DNA of 64,000 nt from Flectonema sp. DT1601 (lineage: Eukaryota), in the NCBI GenBank assembly GCA_964019425.1, contig OZ025795.1, positions 434,001 through 498,000 of the forward strand, written 5' to 3'. Of the stretch, positions 12,181-23,378 are shown in pieces; the first letter of the stretch is position 1; each line of letters starts with the position of its first letter. The translations under genes were made by a program, and so were the position numbers. The notes beneath the pieces are model-generated. The model searched no databases and was not told where the DNA came from. It worked only from the letters and a program-made list of their open reading frames with translations.

Positions 12181-12186
12181 TTATTT

Positions 12187-13047
12187 ATTAAAAAAAAAAA
12201 ACAATCAGTTTAGCGTCTTGACCAGGACGGAAAATAGAAAGTGATCGACATAGTCGATCGATAAAAAAACAATGATAACATTGTTTATTCTTTTTTTTTA
12301 TTTTAAATTCTTTTTATTTATTTTTTAAAGAAAAAAAAAAACGGAAAATAGAAATTAGTCGACAAAGTCGAACGATAAAAAAAAAAAAACAATGATAACA
12401 TTGTTTATTCTTTTTTTTTTTATTTTTTTATATTCTTTTTTATTAATTTTGAAAAAAAAACAATCAGTTTAGCGTCTTGACCAGGACGGAAAATAGAAAG
12501 TGATCGACATAGTCGATCGATAAAAAAACAATGATAACATTGTTTATTCTTTTTTTTTATTTTAAATTCTTTTTATTTATTCTTTAAAGAAAAGAAACGG
12601 AAAATAGAAATTAGTCGACAAAGTCGAACGATAAAAAAAACAATGATAACATTGTTTATTCTTTTTTTTATTTTTTTTTTATATTCTTTTTTATTAATTT
12701 TGAAAAAAAAAAAAAAAAAAAAACAATCAGTTTAGCGTCTTGACCAGGACGGAAAATAGAAAGTAATCGACATAGTCGATCGATAAAAAAACAATGATAA
12801 CATTGTTTATTCTTTTTTTTTTTTAAATTCTTTTTATTTATTTTTTAAAGGAAAAAAAAAACGGAAAATAGAAATTAGTCGACAAAGTCGAACGATAAAA
12901 AAACAATGATAACATTGTTTATTTTTTTTTTTTTTTATTTCTTTTTATTTATTAAAAAAAAAAACAATCAGTTTAGCGTCTTGACCAGGACGGAAAATAG
13001 AAAGTGATCGACATAGTCGATCGATAAAAAAACAATGATAACATTGT
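12187..13047 (+). repeat. Hairpin satellite, host sequence
   Basis: Same alternating units. Confidence 0.93.
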
Positions 13048-16000
13048 TGGATAAGAGATTTGGGAGAGGAATAGGGGCAGTGAACTTTTGGTTCAGGCCC
13101 TTCCCATCGAACAGGACGAAGACTTCTAAAACCTGAGATGAACCAATTGAGTTGAAACAAACAAATAACAGAGACGCAACACATACCGGAACATCATCGC
13201 AAGCAATGCTTCGGACCTCCGTCGACCTTCGTTCTTCCGGCGGCAAAGGGAAACAAGAAAGAACGGGCAATGAGACAAACCTGTTAGTTGGTGTTGTGTT
13301 GTTGTTAAAAACAAAAACATAAACGCCAGGAAGTTCGACAACGAAGACATCGACATCGATCGCTGCTCTGCAGATGTCCGGCGGGTGTTTGTCTACACTG
13401 TGTTTATTGTTTGTTTTTTTCCCAAGGTTCAACCTTGGGAAGAGAAGTAAAAAATTCCGTCAATGTTGGCCTTCCTGTTCGAAGGTGCGCACCAATGACG
13501 ATAAATAGAGTGGGGGGAGAAAACCTTTGATCCAACTGGATCCCTTCACGAGCTGACATTGCCATGTGAAGTTAAATATTCTGGCGATGCCAGCTCAGGC
13601 GACTTAGCCTGCTTTTTTCTTTAAATAAAAAAAATAAAAAGATACCAACAGGTGGGGTGATGGGTTGCGCCACTGCAATCCAGTCACAAAAAGAAACAAA
13701 GGTAATCTCAAGGGTTCTCGACCCTTGGCTCTCCCTGCGCAAGCATCGCATGGAGGGTGACGCTAAGCACCCGGGGGGTACGAAACAAACTTTCCCCCTG
13801 CTGTCCTGTTTGAAATAAAAAAAAAAAACAAAGGGATAGAAGTAAACAGAATACGTTACACCTCAACAGGTGACGCTAAACACCCAGGGGATACAAACCA
13901 AACTTTCCCCCTGTTGCCCTGTTTGAAATAAATTAAAAAAAGAACAAGAAAACAGAATACAATACTCAGCAATCAGACTCGTTCACTCGCTTCGCCAGAG
14001 CCGTTCGAGCCGATGCTCATGTAAAGTTACCTGTTTTCTTTTAACAAATTAAATAAAATAAGATAAATAAAAATAAAAATAAAGTAGCGCAACGGAGAGG
14101 AATACATAACACCTCGACTCTTGCGCTAGCATCGCAAGGGGGGTACCCGGGAGATACAAACCAAACTTTCTCTGCAATACAGTACCTAACAATCAGTGCG
14201 TTCACTGGCCTTAGGGCTGTTCGAACTTATGCTTTGGACTGTTCCCTTGCAGAAAAAAAAAGTAAAATAAACCAACTTTGGGACATTAGAAAAGCATAAA
14301 ATAAAAGTTGCTACAACCAAAAGACAACTGCAAAAAAAAAGGTTTTTGTAGGGGAGCTACAATGTAGCAATAATGTCACACAGTCATGTGGCAAGCTGGA
14401 TAAGAGATTTGGGAGAGGAATAGGGGCAGTGAACTTTTGGTTCAGGCCCTTCCCATCGAACAGGACGAAGACTTCTAAAACCTGAGATGAACCAATTGAG
14501 TTGAAACAAACAAATAACAGAGACGCAACACATACCGGAACATCATCGCAAGCAATGCTTCGGACCTCCGTCGACCTTCGTTCTTCCGGCGGCAAAGGGA
14601 AACAAGAAAGAACGGGCAATGAGACAAACCTGTTAGTTGGTGTTGTGTTGTTGTTAAAAACAAAAACATAAACGCCAGGAAGTTCGACAACGAAGACATC
14701 GACATCGATCGCTGCTCTGCAGATGTCCGGCGGGTGTTTGTCTACACTGTGTTTATTGTTTGTTTTTTTCCCAAGGTTCAACCTTGGGAAGAGAAGTAAA
14801 AAATTCCGTCAATGTTGGCCTTCCTGTTCGAAGGTGCGCACCAATGACGATAAATAGAGTGGGGGGAGAAAACCTTTGATCCAACTGGATCCCTTCACGA
14901 GCTGACATTGCCATGTGAAGTTAAATATTCTGGCGATGCCAGCTCAGGCGACTTAGCCTGCTTTTTTCTTTAAATAAAAAAAATAAAAAGATACCAACAG
15001 GTGGGGTGATGGGTTGCGCCACTGCAATCCAGTCACAAAAAGAAACAAAGGTAATCTCAAGGGTTCTCGACCCTTGGCTCTCCCTGCGCAAGCATCGCAT
15101 GGAGGGTGACGCTAAGCACCCGGGGGGTACGAAACAAACTTTCCCCCTGCTGTCCTGTTTGAAATAAAAAAAAAAAAACAAAGGGATAGAAGTAAACAGA
15201 ATACGTTACACCTCAACAGGTGACGCTAAACACCCAGGGGATACAAACCAAACTTTCCCCCTGTTGCCCTGTTTGAAATAAATTAAAAAAAGAACAAGAA
15301 AACAGAATACAATACTCAGCAATCAGACTCGTTCACTCGCTTCGCCAGAGCCGTTCGAGCCGATGCTCATGTAAAGTTACCTGTTTTCTTTTAACAAATT
15401 AAATAAAATAAGATAAATAAAAATAAAAATAAAGTAGCGCAACGGAGAGGAATACATAACACCTCGACTCTTGCGCTAGCATCGCAAGGGGGGTACCCGG
15501 GAGATACAAACCAAACTTTCTCTGGAATACAGTACCTAACAATCAGTGCGTTCACTGGCCTTAGGGCTGTTCGAACTTATGCTTTGGACTGTTCCCTTGC
15601 AGAAAAAAAAAGTAAAATAAACCAACTTTGGGACATTAGAAAAGCATAAAATAAAAGTTGCTACAACCAAAAGACAACTGCAAAAAAAAAGGTTTTTGTA
15701 GGGGAGCTACAATGTAGCAATAATGTCACACAGTCATGTGGCAAGCTGGATAAGAGATTTGGGAGAGGAATAGGGGCAGTGAACTTTTGGTTCAGGCCCT
15801 TCCCATCGAACAGGACGAAGACTTCTAAAACCTGAGATGAACCAATTGAGTTGAAACAAACAAATAACAGAGACGCAACACATACCGGAACATCATCGCA
15901 AGCAATGCTTCGGACCTCCGTCGACCTTCGTTCTTCCGGCGGCAAAGGGAAACAAGAAAGAACGGGCAATGAGACAAACCTGTTAGTTGGTGTTGTGTTG

Positions 16001-16260
16001 TTGTTAAAAACAAAAACATAAACGCCAGGAAGTTCGACAACGAAGACATCGACATCGATCGCTGCTCTGCAGATGTCCGGCGGGTGTTTGTCTACACTGT
16101 GTTTATTGTTTGTTTTTTTCCCAAGGTTCAACCTTGGGAAGAGAAGTAAAAAATTCCGTCAATGTTGGCCTTCCTGTTCGAAGGTGCGCACCAATGACGA
16201 TAAATAGAGTGGGGGGAGAAAACCTTTGATCCAACTGGATCCCTTCACGAGCTGACATTG
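13048..16260 (+). mobile_element. Second family-A array (~2.4 units of 1349/1350 bp) inserted in the satellite
   Basis: Starts TGGATAAGAG directly after satellite GATAACATTGT. Ends at the same ..CTGACATTG junction as 3866. Confidence 0.93.
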
Positions 16261-16907
16261 TTTTTTTTATTTTAAATTCTTTTTATTTATTTTTTAAAGA
16301 AAAAAAAACGGAAAATAGAAATTAGTCGACAAAGTCGAACGATAAAAAAAACAATGATAACATTGTTTATTCTTTTTTTTATTTTTTTTTTTATATTCTT
16401 TTTTATTAATTTTGAAAAAAAAAAAAAAAAAACAATCAGTTTTGCGTCTTGACCAGGACGGAAAATAGAAAGTAATCGACATAGTCGATCGATAAAAAAA
16501 CAATGATAACATTGTTTATTCTTTTTTTTTTTTAAATTCTTTTTATTTATTTTTTAAAAGGGAAAAAAAAAACGGAAAATAGAAATTAGTCGACAAAGTC
16601 GAACGATAAAAAAACAATGATAACATTGTTTATTCTTTTTTTTTTTTTTTTTTTATTTCTTTTTATTTATTAAAAAAAAAAACAATCAGTTTAGCGTCTT
16701 GACCAGGACGGAAAATAGAAAGTGATCGACATAGTCGATCGATAAAAAAACAATGATAACATTGTTTATTCTTTTTTTTTATTTTAAATTCTTTTTATTT
16801 ATTTTTTAAAGAAAAAAAAAACGGAAAATAGAAATTAGTCGACAAAGTCGAACGATAAAAAAAAACAATGATAACATTGTTTATTCTTTTTTTTATTTTT
16901 TTTTTTT
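16261..16907 (+). repeat. Hairpin satellite, host sequence (empty site for the CATAG transposon)
   Basis: Matches 3867-4274 and continues without the transposon. Confidence 0.92.
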
Positions 16908-19900
16908 TTATGTGTTGATACTTGCATTTTTTTATTTGTAATCTTCTATTACAATCCTCTTTCTGTTCTGGTCTGTTACTTCATTTGTCTTGTTTAACTT
17001 CAGTTATATCCATTTTACTTTTTATTGTTTCCCATCTACTTTTTATTTTCTATTAGTTCTGGTCAGAAACTCCTGGGCAGCAAGAAGGAAAGCAGTTTAG
17101 TACTTCTGGGTGTTTGGCATCACCCCCCATAGTGAGCAAGTACAACAGGTAGCATTGGTAGTCTGTTGATCCTGAGTGATCCCAGCTACAGTTTTGTTTT
17201 TCTTTCTTTTTTTTAGAAGAAGATCAGGACATCCAAGCACTGCTGGATAGTTGCTGAATGCAGGGCCTGCCTGTGGCATTATAATAACAGGCTAAGTCAT
17301 TTGTAGTTCATAGTTTACCTTTGATTTTATAACTTCACACAGGGTACTATGAACGATGAGAGATCCAGTGGGATCACTCAGGGTCTAGTAGAGACCACCA
17401 ATGTTGTGCGTTGATAGGCAAGGTGACCAACCTTGACATTCTTTCTTTTCTCTCCTGTTGTGACAAACACAAAATACACACACAGCTTACAGTGTGTTCT
17501 TTGTGTATGTTTTCTTCAGGTGTGAGTAGTTTTTTTGTTCTTGCTCTTCAGGGAGGGCCTTAGCCAAAAGCTAACAGTCCAAATCTCACCTGGAAATTCA
17601 ACTCAGTCCTTGTCAGTTTTGGCATCAAACTTGTAATGGTTTAATCATTACAGGTTATTTACTGAAATATTTGTTCTAAAAGTTGCTAAGTATTTCTCAC
17701 TTAGAAATTTTTTTATTTTTTTATTTTCAGCTTAATTAGCTACAAATTGTTTCTACTAAGTGTTTCTCACTTAGATTTTTTTTTTGCTTTTCAGCTCCTT
17801 AAAAGCTGCTAAGTGTTTCTGCTAAGTGTTTCTCACTTAGAATTTTATTTTTATGTTCGTTTTCTATCCCTTCTCCTATCCCTTTTGTTCAAAATAAGCG
17901 GGAGGAAATTCTCTCATTCACGCTAAGATGCACTCTGAACTTTGATTTTTTGATCTGAGTGTGAGGGAATGACCTGTTAGTGCATTGGGCATAGGCTGGG
18001 CTGCAGTTTAGATGTCTTAGGTGTTAATAGGGGGTTCCTCTTAGCATTTTTCTTTGTTCCCACCTTATGATTTTCTTGAAGAAAAAAAAATAGAAGTCAT
18101 AATGGTGCTTCCCTCTGGAAGGGTTGTAAGCCATGGTGTCCAACTAAATTAAAGGACAAGTCTGGGATAATCCCTGCCAGAGGGGCGAGTATTCTACCAT
18201 GGTTGAAATACTCTGGCAACTGATCTTCAATTTTATGTTGTTTGTTAGCTGCTGGTGTATCTTGATTATGTGTTGATACTTGCATTTTTTTATTTGTAAT
18301 CTTCTATTACAATCCTCTTTCTGTTCTGGTCTGTTACTTCATTTGTCTTGTTTAACTTCAGTTATATCCATTTTACTTTTTATTGTTTCCCATCTACTTT
18401 TTATTTTCTATTAGTTCTGGTCAGAAACTCCTGGGCAGCAAGAAGGAAAGCAGTTTAGTACTTCTGGGTGTTTGGCATCACCCCCCATAGTGAGCAAGTA
18501 CAACAGGTAGCATTGGTAGTCTGTTGATCCTGAGTGATCCCAGCTACAGTTTTGTTTTTCTTTCTTTTTTTTAGAAGAAGATCAGGACATCCAAGCACTG
18601 CTGGATAGTTGCTGAATGCAGGGCCTGCCTGTGGCATTATAATAACAGGCTAAGTCATTTGTAGTTCATAGTTTACCTTTGATTTTATAACTTCACACAG
18701 GGTACTATGAACGATGAGAGATCCAGTGGGATCACTCAGGGTCTAGTAGAGACCACCAATGTTGTGCGTTGATAGGCAAGGTGACCAACCTTGACATTCT
18801 TTCTTTTCTCTCCTGTTGTGACAAACACAAAATACACACACAGCTTACAGTGTGTTCTTTGTGTATGTTTTCTTCAGGTGTGAGTAGTTTTTTTGTTCTT
18901 GCTCTTCAGGGAGGGCCTTAGCCAAAAGCTAACAGTCCAAATCTCACCTGGAAATTCAACTCAGTCCTTGTCAGTTTTGGCATCAAACTTGTAATGGTTT
19001 AATCATTACAGGTTATTTACTGAAATATTTGTTCTAAAAGTTGCTAAGTATTTCTCACTTAGAAATTTTTTTATTTTTTTATTTTCAGCTTAATTAGCTA
19101 CAAATTGTTTCTACTAAGTGTTTCTCACTTAGATTTTTTTTTTGCTTTTCAGCTCCTTAAAAGCTGCTAAGTGTTTCTGCTAAGTGTTTCTCACTTAGAA
19201 TTTTATTTTTATGTTCGTTTTCTATCCCTTCTCCTATCCCTTTTGTTCAAAATAAGCGGGAGGAAATTCTCTCATTCACGCTAAGATGCACTCTGAACTT
19301 TGATTTTTTGATCTGAGTGTGAGGGAATGACCTGTTAGTGCATTGGGCATAGGCTGGGCTGCAGTTTAGATGTCTTAGGTGTTAATAGGGGGTTCCTCTT
19401 AGCATTTTTCTTTGTTCCCACCTTATGATTTTCTTGAAGAAAAAAAAATAGAAGTCATAATGGTGCTTCCCTCTGGAAGGGTTGTAAGCCATGGTGTCCA
19501 ACTAAATTAAAGGACAAGTCTGGGATAATCCCTGCCAGAGGGGCGAGTATTCTACCATGGTTGAAATACTCTGGCAACTGATCTTCAATTTTATGTTGTT
19601 TGTTAGCTGCTGGTGTATCTTGATTATGTGTTGATACTTGCATTTTTTTATTTGTAATCTTCTATTACAATCCTCTTTCTGTTCTGGTCTGTTACTTCAT
19701 TTGTCTTGTTTAACTTCAGTTATATCCATTTTACTTTTTATTGTTTCCCATCTACTTTTTATTTTCTATTAGTTCTGGTCAGAAACTCCTGGGCAGCAAG
19801 AAGGAAAGCAGTTTAGTACTTCTGGGTGTTTGGCATCACCCCCCATAGTGAGCAAGTACAACAGGTAGCATTGGTAGTCTGTTGATCCTGAGTGATCCCA

Positions 19901-21172
19901 GCTACAGTTTTGTTTTTCTTTCTTTTTTTTAGAAGAAGATCAGGACATCCAAGCACTGCTGGATAGTTGCTGAATGCAGGGCCTGCCTGTGGCATTATAA
20001 TAACAGGCTAAGTCATTTGTAGTTCATAGTTTACCTTTGATTTTATAACTTCACACAGGGTACTATGAACGATGAGAGATCCAGTGGGATCACTCAGGGT
20101 CTAGTAGAGACCACCAATGTTGTGCGTTGATAGGCAAGGTGACCAACCTTGACATTCTTTCTTTTCTCTCCTGTTGTGACAAACACAAAATACACACACA
20201 GCTTACAGTGTGTTCTTTGTGTATGTTTTCTTCAGGTGTGAGTAGTTTTTTTGTTCTTGCTCTTCAGGGAGGGCCTTAGCCAAAAGCTAACAGTCCAAAT
20301 CTCACCTGGAAATTCAACCTCTGGTCTGTTACTTCATTTGTCTTGTATAACTTCAGTTATATCCATTTTACTTTTTATTGTTTCCCATCTACTTTTTATT
20401 TTCTATTAGTTCTGGTCAGAAACTCCTGGGCAGCAAGAAGGAAAGTAGTTGAGTACTTCTGGGTGTTTGGCATCACCCCCCATAGTGAGCAAGTACAACA
20501 GGTAGCATTGGTAGTCTGTTGATCCTGAGTGATCCCAGCTACAGTTTTGTTTTTCTTTCTTTTTTTTAGAAGAAGATCAGGACATCCAAGCACTGCTGGA
20601 TAGTTGCTGAATGCAGGGCCTGCCTGTGGCATTATAATAACAGGCTAAGTCATTTGTAGTTCATAGTTTACCTTTGATTTTATAACTTCACACAGGGTAC
20701 TATGAACGATGAGAGATCCAGTGGGATCACTCAGGGTCTAGTAGAGACCACCAATGTTGTGCGTTGATAGGCAAGGTGACCAACCTTGACATTCTTTCTT
20801 TTCTCTCCTGTTGTGACAAACACAAAATACACACACAGCTTACAGTGTGTTCTTTGTGTATGTTTTCTTCAGGTGTGAGTAGTTTTTTTGTTCTTGCTCT
20901 TCAGGGAGGGCCTTAGCCAAAAGCTAACAGTCCAAATCTCACCTGGAAATTCAACTCAGTCCTTGTCAGTTTTGGCATCAAACTTGTAATGGTTTAATCA
21001 TTACAGGTTATTTACTGAAATATTTGTTCTAAAAGTTGCTAAGTATTTCTCACTTAGAAATTTTTTATTTTTTTATTTTCAGCTTAATTAGCTACAAATT
21101 GTTTCTACTAAGTGTTTCTCACTTAGTTTTTTTTTTTGCTTTTCAGCTCCTTAAAAGCTGCTAAGTGTTTCT
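16908..21172 (-). repeat. Tandem array of a 1358-bp non-coding unit (family B): ~2.5 units ending at 20318, then a truncated restart
   Basis: ORF-track repeats at 17097/18455/19813 (period 1358). Junction GGAAATTCAAC+C+TCTGGTCTG at 20318-20320. Confidence 0.96.
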
Positions 21173-22572
21173 GAATTTCGATAAAGTGGGAAGTAACGGA
21201 CTGGGAGCTTTTGGCTCCTGCCCTATTCCCGATGTAAACTTTCTTTTTATTTTTATTTTTTTTAACAGGCCCAAAGGGCGACAATGATGGTTGCTGACCA
21301 AGGAATAATATTCAAATGAATTTTCGTTTCAAAGAAACGAACAGAATTAAGAGAGAGGCAGAGGAAAAAAAAAAAAAAAAGAAAGAAAAGAAAAGAAAAA
21401 AAAAAAATGAAGAGGAAATAATCAAACATGAAAAAAAAAAAAAAAAAAAAAAAAATATATAAATAAAAAACGTTGTATGAAAAAGGAAAGAAAAGAAAAA
21501 AAAAAAAAAGACCAGAAAAGGAAAGAGAAAATGAAAAGGTATAATATTATTGTGGGGATATGAGGGATAGCAGGGAGATGCTCTTTTTTTTTTTTTTTTT
21601 TTTTTTTTCTTATTTATTATTTAAAAAAAGGAAACAATCAGTTTAGTCTCGATCAGGACGGAAAATAGAAAGTAATCGACATATTTGATCGATAGAAAAA
21701 AAACAATGATAACATTGTTTATTCTTTTTTTTTTTTTTTTTTTTTTATTTATTTTTTAAAGAAAAAACAATCAGTTTAGCGTCTTGACCAGGACGGAAAA
21801 TAGTAAGTAATCGACATAGTCGATCGATAAAAAAAAAACAGTGATAACATTGTTTATTCCTTTTTTTTTTTTTTTATTCTTTTTATTTATTTTTAAAGAA
21901 AAAACAATCAGTTTAGCGTCCTGACCAGGACGGAAAATAGAAAGTAATCGACATAGTCGATCGATAAAAAAAACAATGATAACATTGTTTATTCTTTTTT
22001 TTTTTATTTTATTTTAATTCTTTTTATTTATTTTTTAAAAAGAAAAAAAAAAAAAATGGAAAATAGAAATTAGTCAACAAAGTCGAACGATAAAAAAAAA
22101 CAATGATAACACTGTTTATTCTTTTTTTTTTTATTTTTTTTATATTCTTTTTTATTAATTTTGAAAAAAAAAACAATCAGTTTAGCGTCTTGACCAGGAC
22201 GGAAAATAGAAAGTAATCGACATAGTCGATCGATAAAAAAACAATGATAACATTGTTTATTCTTTTTTTTTTTTTTATTTTAAATTCTTTTTATTTATTT
22301 TTGGGAAAACCTCTAATTCAACAAAAATAGTTTGCGAAATCGCCAATTCCCTACAAAAAAAAGTTGTCCACCAGGACTCGAACTTGACCCAAAAATTTGG
22401 CTTGCGGCGGGTTTTTTGTTTTTTAGCCTACTAAGCTGGGAAGAGTGCAAGGGGGGCTTGCGTCCGCCAAATTCTTGGCGGGACGCAAGCCCCCCCCAAC
22501 CCCCCCCAAGGGGGGAGCCCCTAATAAAAGCCCGCCTGTCCCGTACAAAGTCCAACCTGTAAAAACAAATTT

Positions 22573-22579
22573 GTAACTG

Positions 22580-22611
<32 letters not shown>

Positions 22612-22967
22612 TTCTAATTAAAGACGCGCATGAATGGACCAATGAGATTCCTTCTGCCTCTACCTACTATCTGGCGAACAGCAGTCAAGGGAACGGACTT
22701 GAAACTGTCAGCGGGGAAAGAAGACCCTGTTGAGTTTGACTCTAGTCGGGTGTAGTTATAGGTGGGAGGTTTACCAACAATGAAATACCACTACTCTTAT
22801 CGTCGCTTTACTTATCCAATGATGGGGGAACGGCAGCTGCCTCTTCGGAGGTTAGGGTCCTTTCGGACTCGTGGCTTTTCCGATTCCGGCGACAAACGGG
22901 CTTCGGCTCGACCCCTCGTTTGGAGACACCAGTCATGTTGGGAGTTTGGCTGGGAGGAGGGCCACAT
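22573..22967 (+). pseudogene. Fragment of cytosolic LSU (28S-type) rRNA captured in the MULE-like element
   Basis: Universal LSU motifs GACTCTCTTAAGGTAGCCAAATGCCTCGTC, GACGCGCATGAATGGA, GCGGGGAAAGAAGACCCTGTTGAG, GAAATACCACTAC and GGGAGTTTGGCTGGG. Small indels and an apparent deletion after GACTCTAGTC. Confidence 0.95.
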
Positions 22968-23304
22968 GACGAAGGCTTCTGAGTCACGAACCTAAATCGA
23001 TGATGAGGATCGTTAAGCCACATTTCTAAAGGCTTTTACTAACGTGAGAATTTCTGTTGTCGATGGTTCGAATATGCCTGACAAAAATTACCTAATTTGG
23101 AACTTGAAGTCTGGTGAATTTTGGTTGGAGGTCTTAGTCTCACTGGTGAACTGCACAGTAACATTTTAAAGTGATCGATCACACGGGAGGGGTCTTGGTG
23201 ATTTATTGCAACGGGAATATGTCTCAACTCGACCAGTAGGTGATCAATCCGCCCTTTGACTATGTTTTGGTCACATTTTCCGTCTTTACGAAAAAGAGAA
23301 AAAA

Positions 23305-23378
23305 GGATGTCACGGGGTTCGAACCCGAGACCTCCGGGTCATGATTCGGCGGTCATAACCAGTAGACCACTGGAGCTC
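23305..23378 (-). pseudogene. tRNA-derived Pol III cassette (A box, B box, T6 terminator); not a functional tRNA
   Basis: Minus strand GAGCTCCAGTGGTCTACTGGTTATGACC...CGGGTTCGAACCCCGTGACATCCTTTTTT. D arm (GGTC/GACC) and T arm pair; acceptor and anticodon stems do not pair properly. Confidence 0.75.

Noticed and set aside
17181..17200. AGCTACAGTTT resembles part of the euglenozoan spliced-leader exon, so family B might be an SL RNA array
   Set aside because: Only ~11 nt match; the CTGTACTTTATTG/GTATG exon-intron boundary is absent.
17510..17555. CTGAAGA on the minus strand of family B as a hammerhead ribozyme core
   Set aside because: No stem II followed by GAAA and no matching stems I/III; a convincing HDV-like fold was not found either.
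22573..22967. Functional rDNA locus or R2 insertion
   Set aside because: Isolated ~400-bp piece with indels inside a TIR element; the R2 site is uninterrupted.
23305..23378. Functional tRNA-Met (CAT in loop)
   Set aside because: Acceptor stem does not pair and the anticodon stem is broken.
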